From the human T2T-CHM13v2.0 reference genome, Homo sapiens: 64,000 nt of DNA. Positions 57,661-64,000 of the stretch are shown here, in pieces (the stretch's first letter is position 1; each line of letters opens with the position of its first letter). Both the position numbers and the translations under genes were made by a program. The DNA lies in assembly GCF_009914755.1 (NCBI RefSeq), contig NC_060926.1. The stretch is one strand, 5' to 3'. The notes under the pieces were generated by a model. The model did not search any database and was not told where the DNA came from. It was given only the letters and a program-made list of their open reading frames with translations.

Positions 57661-57710
57661 ACACACTATTTCAGAGGGCTTATTATGAAGCATTTACCAG
57701 CATACCACTG
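56686..57710. mobile_element. MER63D-like hAT element, both TIRs present
   Basis: cagtggcgagctgg ... ccagcataccactg; degenerate flanks tttggagtt / cctggagct; internal TA/CA expansion. Confidence 0.75.
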
Positions 57711-58789
57711 CCTGGAGCTAACATAAATAGGGGTGACTAATGGTACAACAAAATAGTCCTGGTGATTCAAAGCTAGATAGAGGTGACATGGCTATGAGGA
57801 TGGAAGCTAGGAAATGTAACAAGAGTTTGGCAGGTATGTCAAGCCTTCTGGGGTTAATGATGCTAGTTGAGATTTGTGGTCCTGCAGGTATCAAATAGGG
57901 GGTCCTTACTCCTAAAACAGGGCCTTCTTTTGAATTCTGCAAATAATGGCATGCAGAGAGTCGGTCTTGCTCTGAGACAATTTTTTAAAATTAACATTGT
58001 AGATAATTTTGTTTTAGGTATTTATCTTCTTTTAGCATATTAATTGGGTTTTGCTTTGTGTTTCATTATAATAGTATGTTTTAAATAGATTTATTTCACC
58101 AATTTCTATTTATAAGTATAACATATATTCGGTTTCAGTTCTGTCATCATATTTTATGTTATACTTCATTTTTTATTGATTTTTTAAAAATCTTCCACTA
58201 AATGTTTGACATATTCTGTGTTTCTGTTGATATATTTATATTTTTGTTCCAGTGGCTACATTTAAGTATAACTTTTAGAATATATTATTTTGTTATTTTA
58301 GTAATATATATTAATTTACTAAGAACAAAGATAAAATTCATATATTTCCACATCTACATATTCTCATTCTCTCTACCACTCAGTTTTAGTTTATTTTTTA
58401 TTTTAGTGGTTATACTATAAATACAGATAAATTTCTATAATTTGTTGTGTGAGTTTTAATACATATCTTCTAGTTTCTCCTTCTAAAACATGGAGAAATT
58501 AGCATATTTACACTGTCTCCCTGGTTCTCTTTCTCCTCCTGTTGATTTTTGTCCTTTTTATCTTTTTTACTCAGCACACACGTTAAAATATGCAACTATA
58601 TTATAACCATAATACTATATTAAGTTTTAGCCTTGTCCTATAGTTAAGTGAGTTAGATTATCACCCTCAGACCCTTCAGTGTAGTTTCTCAAGCCATTTC
58701 CTGCCTGAACCTCTCCTGCTAATTTAAGACAGGATTATGGAATCTTTATGTATTCGTTAGGATTCCCTAGAAAAATAGACAAAAGAATG

Positions 58790-58892
58790 AATGAAAGAAA
58801 GAAAGAAAGAGAAAGAAAGAGGAAAGAAAGAAAGAAAGAAAGAAAGAGGAAAGAAAGAAAGAAGGAAAGAGGAAAGAAAGAAAGAAGGAAAG

Positions 58893-58955
<63 letters not shown>

Positions 58956-58980
58956 AAAAAGAAAAGAAAAGAAAGAAAGT
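58790..58980 (+). repeat. (GAAA)n-type purine microsatellite
   Basis: About 190 bp of GAAA/GGAAA units. Confidence 0.95.
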
Positions 58981-59246
58981 AAGTAAGTACAGGAAATTGG
59001 CTCACATGATTATGGTAGATGGCAAGTCTAAGATCTGTAGAGCTCATGTCCCATTTAAGTATGAAGGTTGCTGTAGAACCAGGAGAAGCTGACATTCTGG
59101 TGCAAAGGCGTTCAGACAGGAGAATTCTCTCTTACTAGGAGGTGGGTCAAATTTTTATTCTACTTAGGCCTTTGATACGAAGAGACACACCCACATTGTA
59201 GAGGACAATTTGCCTCATTCAGTCGATTAATTTAAATGTTAATCTC

Positions 59247-60455
59247 TTATGCAAATAGGGCTAGGATGAAAAAATTTATTTTCTACCTTAGGTCAAATTA
59301 ATAAAGAGATTGCAGAAAGCATTGAGGCATAACAGAAGTCTCTAAAATTCCTCAGCTTAAATAGTTTTAGCAAAATTCTTATGTTTTATATAGTTAATTG
59401 CTTCAAGTATATACCTAAGACCAAGACTACAGTAGGTTACTGCATAGAATTTATAGGTAACTCAATCTTGTAACCTTGCTTTTTGACTTTGGGTTTTGGC
59501 TGCTATGTTGCTTAACAGATTTTAAGGGTTGATTGGTGCCTGCTCACTTCCTTCCTGCTGGGTCTGGAACATTTAATTGGTTGTAAGTCTTTTGACTCTA
59601 AATCTCGTGGCCATATGGGTCCCACTGAGGAACAGGATGGACCCAGGGAAGGTAGCCACACTACCTCAACCAAAATATGGGACAAAATACAAGTTTGGTC
59701 ATTGATGCTGCCTCTAACAAATCCAGGCCAATAGGAGGAAAATGACAAATGAAAATATTAATAAAATTAAGCCCTCCAACTGACTGAAAAAGCCTTCCCT
59801 TGGCCAAAGGGACCCCAGAGAAATTTTGAAAACTAAGTTCTCAGCCATGATAAGATAGGAGGTCAGGCATGCCTCATTATACCCTCTCCCTCACTAACTG
59901 CCATTAGACTTTCTTCTCTAAGGACTAAACAGAAACCAGCCCTTTCAAAAGACTTTCTGCACTGCTGATTTCAACCAACTACCTGATGCTGCTCCTCTCT
60001 TTTGTTACAACTGCACAGCATTTTTGCCTGATAAAAGACTACTAGACACAGAGTGGTTCTGGCCAGTCTATGGAGAATGCACAATAAGGATTTTCATGCC
60101 TCTGCTTAATCTTTTGACATCAGAGAGTCCAAAACTCCATGCTGGGATCATGCTAACTACCATTTTTTGTACATGGGACCCATGAAGGGGCATGAAGCTC
60201 AATTGCATATGAACCTTTCCTTTTTCATAAATATTCACGACTTCTCCTGTAGCTTATTACATATGTATATTTGGGCACCCCATTCTGAGATAAATTCCCA
60301 ATCCCTTTGCCCCTTTATTGAAGTGTCTGTTTCTGTTTTCTGACTGGAGGCTATGCTTTCCAGCCTGTCAGAATGGCCACGCTGCAGGCTGTAACCCTTT
60401 AAGGGAAATAAAGCTCTATTTTCCAAATTTTTTAAAAATAGCTCTTTTAATAAAA
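59247..60455 (+). mobile_element. MER4-group internal 3' end plus MER4D/E-like LTR (from 59743) lacking U5
   Basis: PPT 'aggaggaaaa' then TG; 'ttggccaaagggaccccagag'; AATAAA at 60407; 14-bp flanking repeat. Confidence 0.8.
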
Positions 60456-61033
60456 TAAATATTAATCTCATTCAAAATTACCCAAACAGAAACACCCAGA
60501 ATTATGTTAGTCTAAATATTGGGGCATCCTGTGGCCCAGTCAAGTGACATATAAAATAAACCATCATAATACTATATTATCTGAATGTTTTCCTGTTCAA
60601 ATTTTATTTTTGCTGCATTTAAACATTCTTGAATTGCACTGTAGTTCCTACAGGACTATATAAGTATTTGTCCACTTTTCTCTATCTTTGAAAATTATTC
60701 TTAGAAAGTATAAGTTCAGCTTGACATTTTCATTTATAAGTGACTTTGCATATTTTTTATGTATACCTCATTTTTTATCTGTAGTGTCCAATAAAATTTT
60801 GGCATTGACCACTGGATGCCAATTATTTTCTTAGTATTTTTTGATTCAAGTCTTATTTTATTCTTGCATATTTGTCTTGAGTTATAACTTCCAATACTTT
60901 TTTTTCTTATTTTGTTACTTGTTCAGAGATACCGATTTTTCCTATTAGATGGTCATTGTATATTTTCCTTTGATCTTAATCTCTTTTATTGTCTTAAATA
61001 TATGTTCTCTTTTATTTCATTGTGCTTGAATTT

Positions 61034-62050
61034 ATCAGTCCTGTGTTCTGTCCTGAGAATGAAAAAAACTGGTTCTATAACTGACAGCTAGTAACAGAGA
61101 ACTAAATATGGTCTTCCCCATGCAACATAAAAAATGGCCATGACAATGACTGTGATAGAGAAAGATAAAAACAATACTATTTCATAATTATATCTGAATG
61201 CCAAGAAAACAAAAGGACACTCTAGTGGACTAAATAGTACCTTCTTATTCTAATCCCTATAACCTGTAAATGTTACTTTATTTGGAAAAGAAAAAAGGTC
61301 TTTGCAGATGAGATTAAGATAAGGATCTTGAGATGAGAAAATTATCATGGACTATCCAGATGAGTCTAAAATGTCATCTCGTGTATTTGTATAAGAGAGA
61401 TAGAGGAGATTTGACACAGGAACACAGAGGAGAAGGCAGTGTGAAGATGATATTTGGTAGATATTTGAGTGTTGTGGCCACAAGCCAAGGACTGCCAGTA
61501 GCCACCATAAATTAGAAGAGGCAGAGCCTCTGGAGAGAGGAAGCACAATTCTACTGACATCTAGATTTTAGCTGAGTGAAACTGATTTTGGATTTGTGGC
61601 TACCAGAACTGTAGGAAAATAAATTTCTGTTGGTTTGAACTAACAAATCTGTTGCAGCAACCACAAGAAATGAATGCTGATCCTTCCCAAAACAAGACAA
61701 AAAAGCCAAAAAGCTCTCTCTCCTGGGTAAATTGAGTGACAACTGCTTCACTACTAATGATAACTGTGGCCTCACCTTCCTTTCTTCCACCCCCTAAATA
61801 AAAAATTAAGATACATTATTATCCTATAGTACCAAAACCCAGAACAATTGAGCCTCCAGGAACCCTCTCTAAAATCACTGAACATGAGCCCAAATTCTAT
61901 AACAAGTACCCCCACACACACCTCATTCCATTCTGAGTTGCTCCAGTCTTTCCAGTTGTGTGCATACACTGCCTTGCTACAATGATTAACAAGAAGAACT
62001 TTGTTAGACTACATGACTATATTTGGTAGTTGTTGCATCTTTACTATGTT
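61034..62050 (+). mobile_element. MER67/MER31-like ERV1 LTR with nested MLT1C (~61223-61677)
   Basis: MLT1C 'gtctttgcagatg..aggatcttgagatg', 'ggccacaagccaagga'; flanks 'cccaaattctataa'. Confidence 0.6.
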
Positions 62051-62689
62051 TTCACTGTATCTATAATTCTTTGATCATTTCTGTAACTGTCTCTGTTTCT
62101 CTCTGTTTCTCTCTTTCTCTCTCTCTCTCTCTCTCCCCCTCCCTCCCTCTCTCTGTTTTCACAGTTACAGGTACTTATTAGTCTTGTGGAAGAGTTAGTT
62201 TGATTTCTGTACTTTATTATTTTGTTTTCTTTTGAACAGGAATTTTTTAATAGTGAAGTGTGTAACTTCATCTTTATAACACCATGTAAAACCTGACAGT
62301 CCTAAGAAACATCTTGAGTAATTTCTCTTTCCTTTCAAATACCGTAACATGTTCTATATAGCAAACTACTTTTTACTGTTACTCTATTTACTCATATACA
62401 TGCCCTCTTCTCCACTAAACAATAACCACCTTGAAGGCAGAGAACTTTTGTTTAATATTTATATAATATTCACTCCATATCTATCTATATAGTCACTTAG
62501 GATAGCAGTTGGAACTAAGTAAGCTCCCCTAAATTAATTAATTTCATCACCAATTCAGCAAATGTTTAATAAGTGTCAGACACTGTGCAGGATGCTATAA
62601 ATAACAAAATGAAGTAGACATGCCTCAATCTTTAAGGAACATAGTCTAATAAAATAACAAGGATATTAAAAGTGTGATACAATACTTCA

Positions 62690-63545
<856 letters not shown>

Positions 63546-64000
63546 ATATTTTAAAATATTAAAAATTAAGAAATTAAAAAGTTAGAGAAAGAAAAAAAAC
63601 TATCAAGCTCTATAGGAACAAGAGATGAGACTTCATAGATGTGACACATGACCTAAGAACATAATGACATGTAGACATCTTTAAATAAAGAGGTTTTCCA
63701 AAGACAAAACACAAAGAAATAAAACCAAGGTACTTTGAGGAATTATTCTTTTATCAATAGAATTTTGTCATATGTTGCATGAGGGGCATTCTATGTGTTA
63801 GGCCATACAGTTAAGCAAAAAAAACAGACTGATGATGAAGGCCTTTATGTACCACACTATGCAATTTGTACCTCATTGAGAAGAACCATTGAAATGTTTG
63901 GCATGGAAGTAAATTATCAAGTTTAAATATTATGATCAATCCAAGGCACTTATGAGGACAGAATGGAAGAAATAAAGATTGTAGATCACTTTATAAACTT

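Larger units (their letters stand above)
58749..60568 (-). mobile_element. MLT2B LTR split by the MER4 insert (58749-59246, 60456-60568)
   Basis: 'aggaaattggctcacatgattatgg' and resumption 'aatctcattcaaaa..cagaaacacccagaat..cctgtggcccagtcaag'. Confidence 0.85.

Noticed and set aside
58748-59095. K/E/R-rich and F/S/L-rich ORFs
   Set aside because: They are translations of the (GAAA)n microsatellite.

Overview
AT-rich, CpG-poor primate (most likely human) non-coding DNA made up mostly of transposable-element remnants: Alu, L1 of several ages, L2, MIR, MaLR/ERVL/ERV1/ERVK LTRs, and hAT/Tigger DNA transposons. It also holds one RPL21 processed pseudogene and a disrupted gamma-type env gene. I see no intact host protein-coding exon, RNA gene or CRISPR array, and no evidence for a new multi-gene system; the ORFs I could assign are TE, pseudogene or microsatellite read-throughs. 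The most interesting signals are structural: (1) a MER4 ERV transcript apparently retroposed by L1 machinery (no U5, A/T tail, 14-bp TSD); (2) a 162-bp locally templated insertion flanked by a 9-bp duplication; (3) an orphan CpG-rich L1 5' end stopping at the +97 splice donor; (4) a 44-bp minisatellite built on a perfect 34-bp palindrome; (5) repeated fold-back (inverted flank capture) scars; (6) a four-layer nested TE stack with a shared deletion; (7) two 5'-inverted L1s. TE subfamily names come from my recall of consensus sequences, not from a database search, and boundaries of old elements are approximate.
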